From an uncultured archaeon (GTDB taxonomy: Archaea; Micrarchaeota; Micrarchaeia; Micrarchaeales; CABMGC01), in NCBI GenBank assembly GCA_963830445.1, contig CAWHMC010000005.1, positions 12,357 to 76,356 on the forward strand: a stretch of 64,000 bases of DNA, in the 5' to 3' direction. The translations under genes were made by a program, and so were the position numbers. The notes beneath the pieces are model-generated. The model worked only from the letters and a program-made list of their open reading frames with translations, was not told where the DNA came from and did not search any database. Below are positions 48,597 through 56,824 of this stretch, piece after piece. The number at the start of each line of letters is the position of its first letter. Position 1 is the first letter of the stretch.

Positions 48597-48999
48597 TTGT
48601 GTTACCTTCGAATATCTCGTCCATGCGCTGCGCGAAGTCTATCATCCTGCTGAACTCGCGCTCCATGTCCGCCTGCATCTCCTCCAGCGTGCTTGCGAGG
48701 TCGTCGGAGCGCAGGTAGTACCTCCTGCCTCTCCTGATCACAAGTCCTGTTGAGATGAACTGATTTAAGTGGTAGATGACTGTGCTCCTGGGTACGTCGA
48801 GCCTCTCGTTGAGTCCCTTGCTCGTCACTCCCTCGCCGTTAACGCTGCTGCCCATTATCTCCTTGAGCAGTGCCGGCTCCATCGCATCGCCCTTGTTCGA
48901 GAGGTTGAAGACCTCGCAGAACCACTCCAGGAGCGCGTCGGGGTCGTTCTTGCCCGGCCTGCTTACTTGGCGTATCACTAGCTTCTCTCTGTTTGCCAT
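48568..48999 (-). CDS. Winged-helix transcription regulator heading the grpE-dnaK-dnaJ operon
   Basis: wHTH segment LNERLDVPRSTVIYHLNQFISTGLVIRRGRRYYL. It overlaps the grpE start by 29 nt. Confidence 0.6.
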   Translation of the reverse strand: MANREKLVIRQVSRPGKNDPDALLEWFCEVFNLSNKGDAMEPALLKEIMGSSVNGEGVTSKGLNERLDVPRSTVIYHLNQFISTGLVIRRGRRYYLRSDDLASTLEEMQADMEREFSRMIDFAQRMDEIFEGNTNARRKEKQR

Positions 49000-49040
49000 A
49001 TTCTAAGTTATATATGAAATAATATATAAATGTTTGCTTT

Positions 49041-49061
49041 CTTTCAACAAAATGTTGAAAG
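49041..49061. promoter_or_regulatory. Perfect inverted repeat CTTTCAAC-N5-GTTGAAAG, candidate operator upstream of the regulator/Hsp70 operon
   Basis: 8-bp arms with a 5-nt spacer, immediately upstream of a TTTATATA box (49023-30) that lies about 27 nt from the ATG at 48999. Confidence 0.45.
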
Positions 49062-49073
49062 AATGGCTTTTTG

Positions 49074-49646
49074 CTAGCTTATCTTCGTCATTTTGACAAA
49101 AAAGAGCTGGAACTCGTCCTTTTCCCAATGATCAATACGGAAACCGCGCGCCGCAGCGTCCTCCATGCGAATCGGCGGCGAGTTTACACTAGAGACGTGA
49201 TAACTCTTGCCTCCGCGTTTAGTGGTTAGGGCTAGGTTATCCAGGAGCTTCCGTCCGTCTTCGTATCCTATTATTGCAGGGTCCAGCACGTTAATCGAGT
49301 AGGTCACATCCGCCGCGATGGTGACTGGCAGTGGTTTGGTGAAATCAGTGTCGTGCATTACTCCCAGCTGTTCCTCGCTGGTAAGGGACTCAGAGTAGTT
49401 TGATGCGTCCACTCCTCCGACCTTGCTCCCGAATTGACGCTTCATGGCGTAGAGAAGTTGACCGTATCCGACACCAAAACCGAAGATATGCAGGTTCGAA
49501 GGATTCTCGAAATCAGTCGTGATCTCGCTGAAGAGGCGGTAGCCGAAGACGTAGGTTGATACGGTGGCACCGAAGATGTAAAACGAGGATTTAAGCGCTT
49601 CTTTTCTGCGCTCTTCCTCTTCGTGAGAACGGGGTATGTAGTCCAT
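49074..49646 (-). CDS. Hypothetical protein, possibly a class I SAM-dependent methyltransferase
   Basis: A Gly-rich motif I-like IFGFGVGYG is followed by an acidic loop (VGGVDAS). Weak assignment. Confidence 0.4.
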   Translation of the reverse strand: MDYIPRSHEEEERRKEALKSSFYIFGATVSTYVFGYRLFSEITTDFENPSNLHIFGFGVGYGQLLYAMKRQFGSKVGGVDASNYSESLTSEEQLGVMHDTDFTKPLPVTIAADVTYSINVLDPAIIGYEDGRKLLDNLALTTKRGGKSYHVSSVNSPPIRMEDAAARGFRIDHWEKDEFQLFFVKMTKIS

Positions 49647-49929
49647 CAAAGATTGTATTATTGTGGATGCTCTGCGATTTTGGGGTCCTAGGTCCCTCTC
49701 CGCGCGGGCCTCGTAGGCCTCTACAAGAGACTGGTATCGCGCTATAGCATCTAGATTAATCGGCCTTGGGAGTACTTTACTGACGCTCTCAGTAGGCTTA
49801 GTTGTATTGATGTTATTACCTTAGTATGTAGGGGATTTTCTGATATAAATGCTTGACGTGGCGGCCATCAGACGGCTAGGCATAAATTATTATATTCTGC
49901 CATCGTTAGTAAATCAGACATGTGATCGT

Positions 49930-50157
49930 ATGAAACATACACACGCGACGATAACGGGGACTATACTTTCGCTGGTTTTCGTAGTGGTTGGCTTTGCGGC
50001 CATACTGGCAGCGATTCTGGCGGTGCCGTTCGCCACGATTTCGTACACCATCTCCCTCATAATATTTCTGATAGTGTTGTGGGTCCTGATGTTGTACGTA
50101 ATGCATGCGCGCGAGCCGGTTCCTTCAGAAGGAAGGGCTAGACGACGCGCAAAGTAA
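49930..50157 (+). CDS. Small two-TM membrane protein
   Basis: MKHTHATITGTILSLVFVVVGFAAILAAILAVPF...LIIFLIVLWVLMLYV with a basic tail. The longer ORF starts at 49849. Confidence 0.4.
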   Translation: MKHTHATITGTILSLVFVVVGFAAILAAILAVPFATISYTISLIIFLIVLWVLMLYVMHAREPVPSEGRARRRAK

Positions 50158-50253
50158 TTCTTGTGGGCCCTTTTGGGGCCCTATTATTTTATTTAGTTTT
50201 GTAGAAATATTACGCTTAGTGTATAATGTATTCGCTCTGTTCTTGGGGAGATA

Positions 50254-51912
50254 TTGAAGAAACGTTCCGCAAAGAAAAGAATGAAGACTGGCGTAGTGGC
50301 GCAAACTAGGGAGTACCTCAAGGAAAGGAAAAACCGGATCACTCTTCTTGCCCTGGGCCTGATCTTGCTTTACACTGCCATATACGGCATTGTCTTCGTC
50401 ATAGGGCCGTCCTACTTCGGAGACGACCTTACCTACACTTTCTTCGCGAACCAGATGATCCATGGAACGTTCGTGCAGGGGACTCCTTTCAGCTTTAGGC
50501 TGATGAACATCTTCCCGATAGCTTTCTTCTATGCGCTGTTCGGGATAGGTAGCCTCACGACTGCGGCGTGGTCGATGGTGTGCTTCCTTGGCATCATAGT
50601 TGTGACCTTCCTTATAGGGCGGAAACTCTACAATGAGCTCGCTGGCATCCTTGCTGCGCTCCTTGCCGCTTTCTTCCCGCTTTTCGTGACGCTCTCGGGT
50701 ACCGACAGTCCGAACATCGTGGGCGGGTTCTTCGTAGGACTGATACTGCTCTCTGCCATCTACGCGGTTAGGGAGAGGTCAAAGCGATGGTATTTCTGTA
50801 CGGGAGTGTTTGTTGTTGCGGCACTGCTCTCAACGCCGCAGACGGCCGGTATATTGGTGGTACTTATCCTCTATCTTGCGATTGAATTCTTCAAAAAGAA
50901 CGCAAGGATTGATAGGATCAGTGTATACCTGCTCTACGGCTTGCTCGCGGCCGGTGCCTTGCTCGCAGTCTACAACTATGCGAACACGCAAAATCCCATT
51001 GAAACGCTCACCGGTACCGTCAACACCTACGCCAGCGCATCGGCTCAGAATTACAACATGGACCTGGGCTACTATTTCTCTGTGATGTTCCCGTACAAAA
51101 TACTTGCAGGCGTGTGGAACGGGCTGTCCTCCGGACAGCTAAACCCATTAAACCTGCTGCAGACCATCTATATCCCATACAACAACTTTGTTGGATACTA
51201 TATATATGCGGTTGTGGCCTGTGGGGCGTATCTTGCCCTGAAGCGCGACAGGCACGCGTACATCCCACTTCTCTGGACATGCGTCGGTTTCCTCTGCCTT
51301 GAGTTCGGCTGGGTCTACATAAGCCTCAGCCCGTTCCACTACGTGCTCACCGGCAGGCTCGAGCGTTATCTGACAGTAATAGGAATCCCGATTGCACTGC
51401 TGATCTCATTCGCTGTCGTCAGGTTCATCGGCAGCGTCAAGAGAAGCTGGCCGCTGATCGGCAAGGCTGCCCTGGCCGCGGTGTTCATCTTACTATTAAT
51501 CGGCACGGCCGTTCCGATATCGCAGTTCTGGTACAATCTGGTACAGTACCAGACCTACGGTCAGAAACAGATTGCCGCATACCTCAGTGCGCTGCCGAAC
51601 AACACGAAGGTCTACCTGGATACGGCCTTCAACAATGTCGTAGTGTATATGGGCTACGTGAACCAGAGCAGGTTTACGGCCTATGACGGGATAAAGGACT
51701 GCGGGTACATACCGGCCAACGTTTACGTGATCGTGCCCGTAAATATGAGCGTCTCCGGACTCAATTATACGCTGAATCCGGAGAGCTACTGCCCGGGATG
51801 GCAGCCGGTGATGGACAAACAAGAGCCGGGTACATTCCCCAGTTATATAGCAAACGCTGCAGGTCCGTTCGTGGCCAGGCTGTACTATGTCAACAGCAAC
51901 AGCAGCACCTAG
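50254..51912 (+). CDS. GT-C fold membrane glycosyltransferase (ArnT/PMT-like)
   Basis: 552 aa with more than 10 TM helices. The first extracytoplasmic loop carries the acidic FGDDLTY motif typical of ArnT/PMT_2-type enzymes. A soluble C-terminal domain follows. Confidence 0.6.
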   Translation: MKKRSAKKRMKTGVVAQTREYLKERKNRITLLALGLILLYTAIYGIVFVIGPSYFGDDLTYTFFANQMIHGTFVQGTPFSFRLMNIFPIAFFYALFGIGSLTTAAWSMVCFLGIIVVTFLIGRKLYNELAGILAALLAAFFPLFVTLSGTDSPNIVGGFFVGLILLSAIYAVRERSKRWYFCTGVFVVAALLSTPQTAGILVVLILYLAIEFFKKNARIDRISVYLLYGLLAAGALLAVYNYANTQNPIETLTGTVNTYASASAQNYNMDLGYYFSVMFPYKILAGVWNGLSSGQLNPLNLLQTIYIPYNNFVGYYIYAVVACGAYLALKRDRHAYIPLLWTCVGFLCLEFGWVYISLSPFHYVLTGRLERYLTVIGIPIALLISFAVVRFIGSVKRSWPLIGKAALAAVFILLLIGTAVPISQFWYNLVQYQTYGQKQIAAYLSALPNNTKVYLDTAFNNVVVYMGYVNQSRFTAYDGIKDCGYIPANVYVIVPVNMSVSGLNYTLNPESYCPGWQPVMDKQEPGTFPSYIANAAGPFVARLYYVNSNSST

Positions 51913-51918
51913 CCGTGC

Positions 51919-52623
51919 TCAGTCCTTCCTGAAGCGGAGCTTGATTACCTCCTTGGTGAGGTAGACCATGTCCGAGCCGGGCGGGACTGTGCTGTCCACC
52001 TCTACCCAGGCCACGGGCATGGAGAGCGGCCGTATCCCCTTCCGCTGGGCGAGCACGAGTATCTCGGTGTCGAAGAACCAGCGGTCGTCGCGTATCAGCG
52101 GCAGCATCTCTTTTATCAGCCGTGCCTCCCAAAACTTGAAGCCGCACATGTGGTCGCTGGCGCGTGATCCGAGAACAGTTATAACCATGAGATTGTAGGC
52201 GACGCTGCCCAGCAGACGCATTGGGGCCCGCTTCGTACGCGATTTGCTATTGTACCTCGAGCCGAAGACGAGCTGGTTCCCGCTCTCTACAAGGGAGAGT
52301 GCCTTCCCTATGTAGGACGCCGGTACGGCCAGGTCGATGTCAGTGTATCCGATAACATCCCCTCGGGCCGCAGCTATCGCTTTCTTTATGGCGAATCCCT
52401 TCCCCACATTTTTTTTGAATGAGAGTACACGCACGTTCTTGACGCGTCGCGCGAACTGCCTAGCGAAGTATGCGGTCTTGTCTGAGGATCCGTCTTCGGT
52501 CACTATTATCTCAGAGTCCCCTATCTTCTGCACCTCGGCGTAGATTAGGGGCAGGTTCTTCCGAATGTTCTCCTGCTCGTTGTATGCGGGTAGTATAAGA
52601 CTTAACCTCATTGTATCTTCCAT
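51919..52623 (-). CDS. GT2 family glycosyltransferase (polyprenyl-phosphate sugar synthase-like)
   Basis: LSLILPAYNEQENI, EIIVTEDGSSDKT and YTDIDLAVP (DxD). Confidence 0.8.
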   Translation of the reverse strand: MEDTMRLSLILPAYNEQENIRKNLPLIYAEVQKIGDSEIIVTEDGSSDKTAYFARQFARRVKNVRVLSFKKNVGKGFAIKKAIAAARGDVIGYTDIDLAVPASYIGKALSLVESGNQLVFGSRYNSKSRTKRAPMRLLGSVAYNLMVITVLGSRASDHMCGFKFWEARLIKEMLPLIRDDRWFFDTEILVLAQRKGIRPLSMPVAWVEVDSTVPPGSDMVYLTKEVIKLRFRKD

Positions 52624-52748
52624 CCGTCGCCGTTGTACCTATTTGTATGGCTAACGGATCGTACCGTATGCTGAGCGTAAATATTTATGGCCTCCAGTCG
52701 CACCCGACTGAGTTTTTAAATTGTTGGTCTCAATAATAAAGAGATAGA

Positions 52749-53990
52749 ATGAAGAGTTCTCACACCCTCAGGCTTCTGGACAAGGTTGTCGGCATTCCGG
52801 CTTGCCTGCTGCTCTCGGGGATTTACGCTTTTGTGCCGAAGCCCAGAGACAAGAAGATAAAGAAGGTCCTTGTAATCGAGCTATTCGAGATGGGAGCCAC
52901 GATAATGCTGTACCCTTCTCTTCGGTACATAAAAAGGAATGTGGAGGGATGCGAACTCTACTGCCTTACTGCGAAAAGCATCAGGAGCACCTGGGAGATG
53001 CTGGACATGGTGCCCAAGGAGAACATATACAGCATTGACGACACCAACCTGTGGAGTTTCGTGCGCACCGGGCTTTCTGCAATGGCACAGCTGCGCGCCG
53101 AGGGGATGGACCTCATAATAGACTACGAGCTCTTCATGCGCATCTCATCGGTCATCTCAGGGATGATAGGCGCGAAGTTCAAGGCAGGTTTCTGGGGCTA
53201 TGAGATGGAGGGGCTCTACAAGGGCGACTTCTACTCCCAGCGATGCCAGTTCAACCAGAACACCCACATAGCCAAGAACTTCCTCGGTTTGACAAAGACA
53301 GCGGTCGGGGTAGAGAAAGAGTATCCCAATTACAAAGGAAGGGTGGAGAATAGCGAACTTGTTGTTCCAGAATACAAATCTGATCCGGCAATACGAAAAT
53401 CGCTAATTGAGAAGATCGGGTTGGCTCCCAAAGAGAAGATTATACTTGTATCCCATGACGTCGGGCGCAACCTCAGCATGAGAAACTACCCAAGGGAGAA
53501 TTTCGTCAACGTTATAAAGAAACTTATTGCAAAGTACCCGCGCTCCCATGTCCTGCTCATGGGCACCAAATCGAACCGGGAGACTGCTGATTACATAGTC
53601 GGGAGGGTAGGAGACAATAGGTGCAGGAACTTCTGTGGGGAGACGCCACTGATGCGGGAGCTGTTCGAGCTCCTCAGCATGTCTGACCTGCTTATAACCA
53701 ACGACAGCGGCGCGGCCCATTTCGCTGCGGTAACCGGCACCAGGACCCTTGCGCTGTTCAGTACCGATGCACCCACGATGTACGGGCCTCTCGGCAAATG
53801 CGTGATAATGTACAGTTATTATCAGTGCAGTCCGTGCATCTCCGCCTACAACCACAAGGAGTCGAAGTGTACCAACAACCTTTGCCTGCAGACGATAAAG
53901 CCGGAATCGGTCTATGAGATGGCCGTGCGTGTGATTGAAGGAAAAGTGACCTACCAGACGGTGAACGGGCTGCTCAATTACCTGGCCTGA
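52749..53990 (+). CDS. GT9 family glycosyltransferase (heptosyltransferase-like)
   Basis: KKVLVIELFEMGATIMLYPSL at the N-terminus and LLITNDSGAAHFAAVTGTRTLALF at the C-terminus are hallmark GT9 blocks. Confidence 0.7.
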   Translation: MKSSHTLRLLDKVVGIPACLLLSGIYAFVPKPRDKKIKKVLVIELFEMGATIMLYPSLRYIKRNVEGCELYCLTAKSIRSTWEMLDMVPKENIYSIDDTNLWSFVRTGLSAMAQLRAEGMDLIIDYELFMRISSVISGMIGAKFKAGFWGYEMEGLYKGDFYSQRCQFNQNTHIAKNFLGLTKTAVGVEKEYPNYKGRVENSELVVPEYKSDPAIRKSLIEKIGLAPKEKIILVSHDVGRNLSMRNYPRENFVNVIKKLIAKYPRSHVLLMGTKSNRETADYIVGRVGDNRCRNFCGETPLMRELFELLSMSDLLITNDSGAAHFAAVTGTRTLALFSTDAPTMYGPLGKCVIMYSYYQCSPCISAYNHKESKCTNNLCLQTIKPESVYEMAVRVIEGKVTYQTVNGLLNYLA

Positions 53991-54026
53991 CCGCCTCTGC
54001 TCCTTAACGTAAAGGGATAAGTATAA

Positions 54027-54122
54027 TGGACTCCGCGGGATTTTCGTGCCGTTTGAGGCGGCGATTCGAACCCGCAACCTCCTGCATGCCATGCAGGCGC
54101 GCTGCCGTTGCGCCAGGAGCCC
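54027..54122 (-). tRNA. tRNA-Ala (anticodon GGC) with a 24-nt intron at position 59/60. No encoded CCA.
   Basis: The hand-folded 72-nt mature cloverleaf has acceptor GGGCUCC/GGAGUCC with G3:U70, D stem GCGC/GCGC, anticodon arm CCUGC-AUGGCAU-GCAGG, T arm GCGGG-UUCGAAU-CCCGC, and discriminator A. Confidence 0.85.
54041..54064 (-). other. tRNA intron (UCGCCGCCUCAAACGGCACGAAAA) within a bulge-helix-bulge motif
   Basis: Outer helix is the T stem. Central 4-bp helix is UUCG/CGAA. There are two 3-nt AAU bulges. Inner helix GCCG/CGGC closes a 7-nt loop. Confidence 0.75.
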
Positions 54123-54136
54123 ATTAGCGTGATAGG

Positions 54137-54385
54137 TTATGCTGGTGAGATGAACAGTATGTTGCCTCCGCGCAGAAGGATTACGCCCAGCTTGGCGTGC
54201 ACTGCGCCGCCTTCCTGGAGCTCCTCCGAGTTCTCGAGCACTATGTTCATATGGACGTCGAAGGATTGCACCTTGCCGCGTATGTCGGTCCCGTTCTTCA
54301 GGCGTATTAGCACCTGCTGTCCGATGGCTTTGTTCAACAAATCAAAGGGTCTCTCATGGTTCATGGGCATGGTTTCACCAAACAA
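54137..54385 (-). CDS. Sm-like archaeal protein (SmAP/LSm)
   Basis: RPFDLLNKAIGQQVLIRLKNGTDIRGKVQSFDVHMNIVLENSEE...ILLRGGNILFISP gives the Sm1 and Sm2 motifs. Confidence 0.9.
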   Translation of the reverse strand: MFGETMPMNHERPFDLLNKAIGQQVLIRLKNGTDIRGKVQSFDVHMNIVLENSEELQEGGAVHAKLGVILLRGGNILFISPA

Positions 54386-54433
54386 ACGTTTGTATATTGC
54401 CGACTAAGATTTATAAGGGTTAGTGAGGCTGGC

Positions 54434-54988
54434 TCAGATGTATTCTGCCGAGAGCGCAGCCACCAGCTGCGTAACCTTGGTGCCCGTGCCGGGCAGTGAG
54501 TAGTTTATCCACAGGTAGCCGGCATAGGTTGTCTGGCCTCCTGCGGATGTGGCTCTGCCTCCCTGATTGTAGCAGTAGATCAGGAAGTTGTGCGATGCGC
54601 CGCTGAATATCTTTACTCCCGTGCCGGGCGAGGAGCCAGAGGGATAATAAGCGACCGTATTGGTGGTGTAGATGTTGCCATAGGTGGGTGTGGGCGAGCT
54701 CGTGCTGCCGTTCAGGGTGGAGGAGCAGGCTATCCCGTAGATGGTTATGTCGCCTCCGGTAGCCTGCACTATGGAGATGTTCATTATCCCGTTGAAATAT
54801 AGGAACATGTAGCCGCAGGCGAAGCCAGAGGTGGCCACGCACTCCTGGGAGGTGAATGCCTGCTTTGTCGGTGCGCTGATGAAGTAGACCGCTGCGAGTG
54901 CGGCGACGATTATCACTATGGCTACGCCATAGGAGATCATGAAGTCCAGCGCCGCCTGCGCCTTGTACGCGTTTCCCGATTGCTTCAA
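54434..54988 (-). CDS. Short (184-aa) archaeal type IV pilin-like protein with a class III signal peptide
   Basis: N-terminus MKQSGNAYKAQ/AALDFMISYGVAIVIIVAALAAVYFI, followed by a Ser/Thr/Gly-rich beta-type domain. The TTG start directly follows the rps2 TAG. Confidence 0.7.
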   Translation of the reverse strand: MKQSGNAYKAQAALDFMISYGVAIVIIVAALAAVYFISAPTKQAFTSQECVATSGFACGYMFLYFNGIMNISIVQATGGDITIYGIACSSTLNGSTSSPTPTYGNIYTTNTVAYYPSGSSPGTGVKIFSGASHNFLIYCYNQGGRATSAGGQTTYAGYLWINYSLPGTGTKVTQLVAALSAEYI

Positions 54989-55618
54989 CTATTTCGCCTT
55001 CATCTCCACCTTCGCTTCGAAGTCGGAGAGCTTGTAGTTGAACTCCTCGTTAGACTTTATTAAACCTTTCTCCTTGAGGAACTCTCGGGAGAGGATATAG
55101 TAGATGAGCGAGAGCGATCTGCGACCCTTGTTGTTGCAGGGGATGACCAGGTCCATGTACTTCATCCAGTTGTCCGTGTCGCAGAGGGCAATGATCGGGA
55201 TGTTGGTCTTGTTGGCCTCCTTCACCGCCTGTCGCTCGTTGCGGTTGTCGCTGATGAGTATGATGTCGGGCTCGATGAAGTCCTCCCTATTCGGGTTGGT
55301 GAAGATTCCCGGCATGACCCGTCCGGTTATCACCTTTGCGCCTGTTATCTCGGCGAACTTTGATGCCGCAGCTATTGAGTATATTCTCGATGCGGTGACG
55401 ACTATGTTCTTGGCGTCGTAGCGGGCGAGCATCTTGGCCGCCAGCTTCAGGCGCTGGTCGATGGTCTCCAGGTCCAGCAGGTACAGTCCGTCCTCGCGCA
55501 CCTTGTAGATGTAGCGCTTGACCCCCTGGGTCTTTACCTTGGTGCCGATGTGTATGCCTACCTCCAGGTACTCGTTCTGATCCACCAGCATCTTGTTTTC
55601 TGTAGTCATATTAAGCAC
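54989..55618 (-). CDS. rps2: 30S ribosomal protein S2 (uS2)
   Basis: YLEVGIHIGTKVKTQGVKRYIYKVREDGLYLLDL and PIIALCDTD. Confidence 0.93.
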   Translation of the reverse strand: MLNMTTENKMLVDQNEYLEVGIHIGTKVKTQGVKRYIYKVREDGLYLLDLETIDQRLKLAAKMLARYDAKNIVVTASRIYSIAAASKFAEITGAKVITGRVMPGIFTNPNREDFIEPDIILISDNRNERQAVKEANKTNIPIIALCDTDNWMKYMDLVIPCNNKGRRSLSLIYYILSREFLKEKGLIKSNEEFNYKLSDFEAKVEMKAK

Positions 55619-55619
55619 A

Positions 55620-55820
55620 TCACTTGCGGCTGTAGTTGATTATATCGTCGATTAGGTCCACGTGGCCCAGGAGCATGCGCCTGCAGCAGTAGCGGGTCAC
55701 GCCCAGCTCCGCGAGGACCGTCTTCGGGTCCTCCTTCTCCTTGTTCACGCGCTTGTCGTAGAGCTCCCACTTGTCGGCAATTACCTGGCCGCATGAGAAG
55801 CATCGCACTGGTATCATCAT
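55620..55820 (-). CDS. rpoN: DNA-directed RNA polymerase subunit N (Rpo10)
   Basis: [21 protein letters not shown]...[20 protein letters not shown]. The upstream part of the tracked ORF overlaps S9 in another frame. Confidence 0.92.
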   Translation of the reverse strand: MMIPVRCFSCGQVIADKWELYDKRVNKEKEDPKTVLAELGVTRYCCRRMLLGHVDLIDDIINYSRK

Positions 55821-55824
55821 GGTA

Positions 55825-56382
55825 TCATCTGTAGGATGTCTGGAATCGTGCACGCGCCTTGGTTCCGAGGAACTTCTTCGGCTCCACGCGCCTGTGGTCA
55901 TCAACGAGCATGCTCCTGTCGTAGTCGAGGAAGGTCTTCTTGAGGGCCTCGCTGCCCGATGACATGACCAGGGTCTTGGCGAGCGCGTTGCGCGCCGCCT
56001 GGGCCTGGCCGCTGATCCCACCGCCTGAAACGTTGATTATGATCTTTGAGCCCGCCATTATCTCGCGTGCCTGGTGTGAGACCCGGAGGGGCTCCATTAT
56101 GAGCTCGCTTATCTCGTGGGGCTTCATGAGCTCGGCGCGTATGCCATTGACTATGACCTCTCCTGAACCTGAGACCAGGCGTGCGCGGGCTATCGCCTCC
56201 TTTCGCTTGCCCTTCTGGACCGAGACCTGCTTCACGCTCTTGCGGCGGGGCTTTGCGGCCTTCTTGACTGTACCCTTTACGGCCTTGCCCGCTACCACTG
56301 CCGGCTGGGTCTCGCCCTGGAACTCGCTGAGCGCTGCGTCGATGTCCTTCACGCCGCGGGGTGTCTTTGTTTCATCTGCCAT
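55825..56382 (-). CDS. rps9: 30S ribosomal protein S9 (uS9) with a roughly 50-aa Lys-rich N-terminal extension
   Basis: [12 protein letters not shown]...[19 protein letters not shown]...[18 protein letters not shown]. An alternative GTG start at 56235 would give a standard-length protein. Confidence 0.9.
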   Translation of the reverse strand: MADETKTPRGVKDIDAALSEFQGETQPAVVAGKAVKGTVKKAAKPRRKSVKQVSVQKGKRKEAIARARLVSGSGEVIVNGIRAELMKPHEISELIMEPLRVSHQAREIMAGSKIIINVSGGGISGQAQAARNALAKTLVMSSGSEALKKTFLDYDRSMLVDDHRRVEPKKFLGTKARARFQTSYR

Positions 56383-56386
56383 AATA

Positions 56387-56824
56387 TCACACGTAACCCA
56401 GCTTTCCAGCCAGCTCCTTGATCGTGATGAGGTTCTCGTAAACGTCGCGGCCGTCCTTCAGGTGGAGCGTGTCCTTCGCAGGTACCTTCACGCCCTCCGG
56501 GACGCCCATGTAGACCTTGAGCCTGTCGAATGCCGCCTTGCCCCTGGGCTGGCGGTAGGGAAGCATGCCGCGTATCACGCGCTTCACAAACAGGTCCGGA
56601 CGCCTTGAGATGTAGGGTGAGTGCTCCGGGTTCGCCTTGTCCTTGCGCTCAACGTGGGCCTTGTACTTCGCCACCAGGAATTTGAGGTGGCCGCTTATGA
56701 CTATCTTCTCGGCGTTGACTACGATGACCTGGTCTCCGTTGAGCGTAAGCTTCGCGACGTGCGTTGCCAGCCGCCCGAGAATCTTGCCCTCTCCGTTGAT
56801 TACATGATCCGCCATAAATATCAC
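56387..56824 (-). CDS. rpl13: 50S ribosomal protein L13 (uL13)
   Basis: VINGEGKILGRLATHVAK...VVNAEKIVISG...IRGMLPY..PRGKAAFDRLKVYMGVP. Confidence 0.93.
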   Translation of the reverse strand: MIFMADHVINGEGKILGRLATHVAKLTLNGDQVIVVNAEKIVISGHLKFLVAKYKAHVERKDKANPEHSPYISRRPDLFVKRVIRGMLPYRQPRGKAAFDRLKVYMGVPEGVKVPAKDTLHLKDGRDVYENLITIKELAGKLGYV

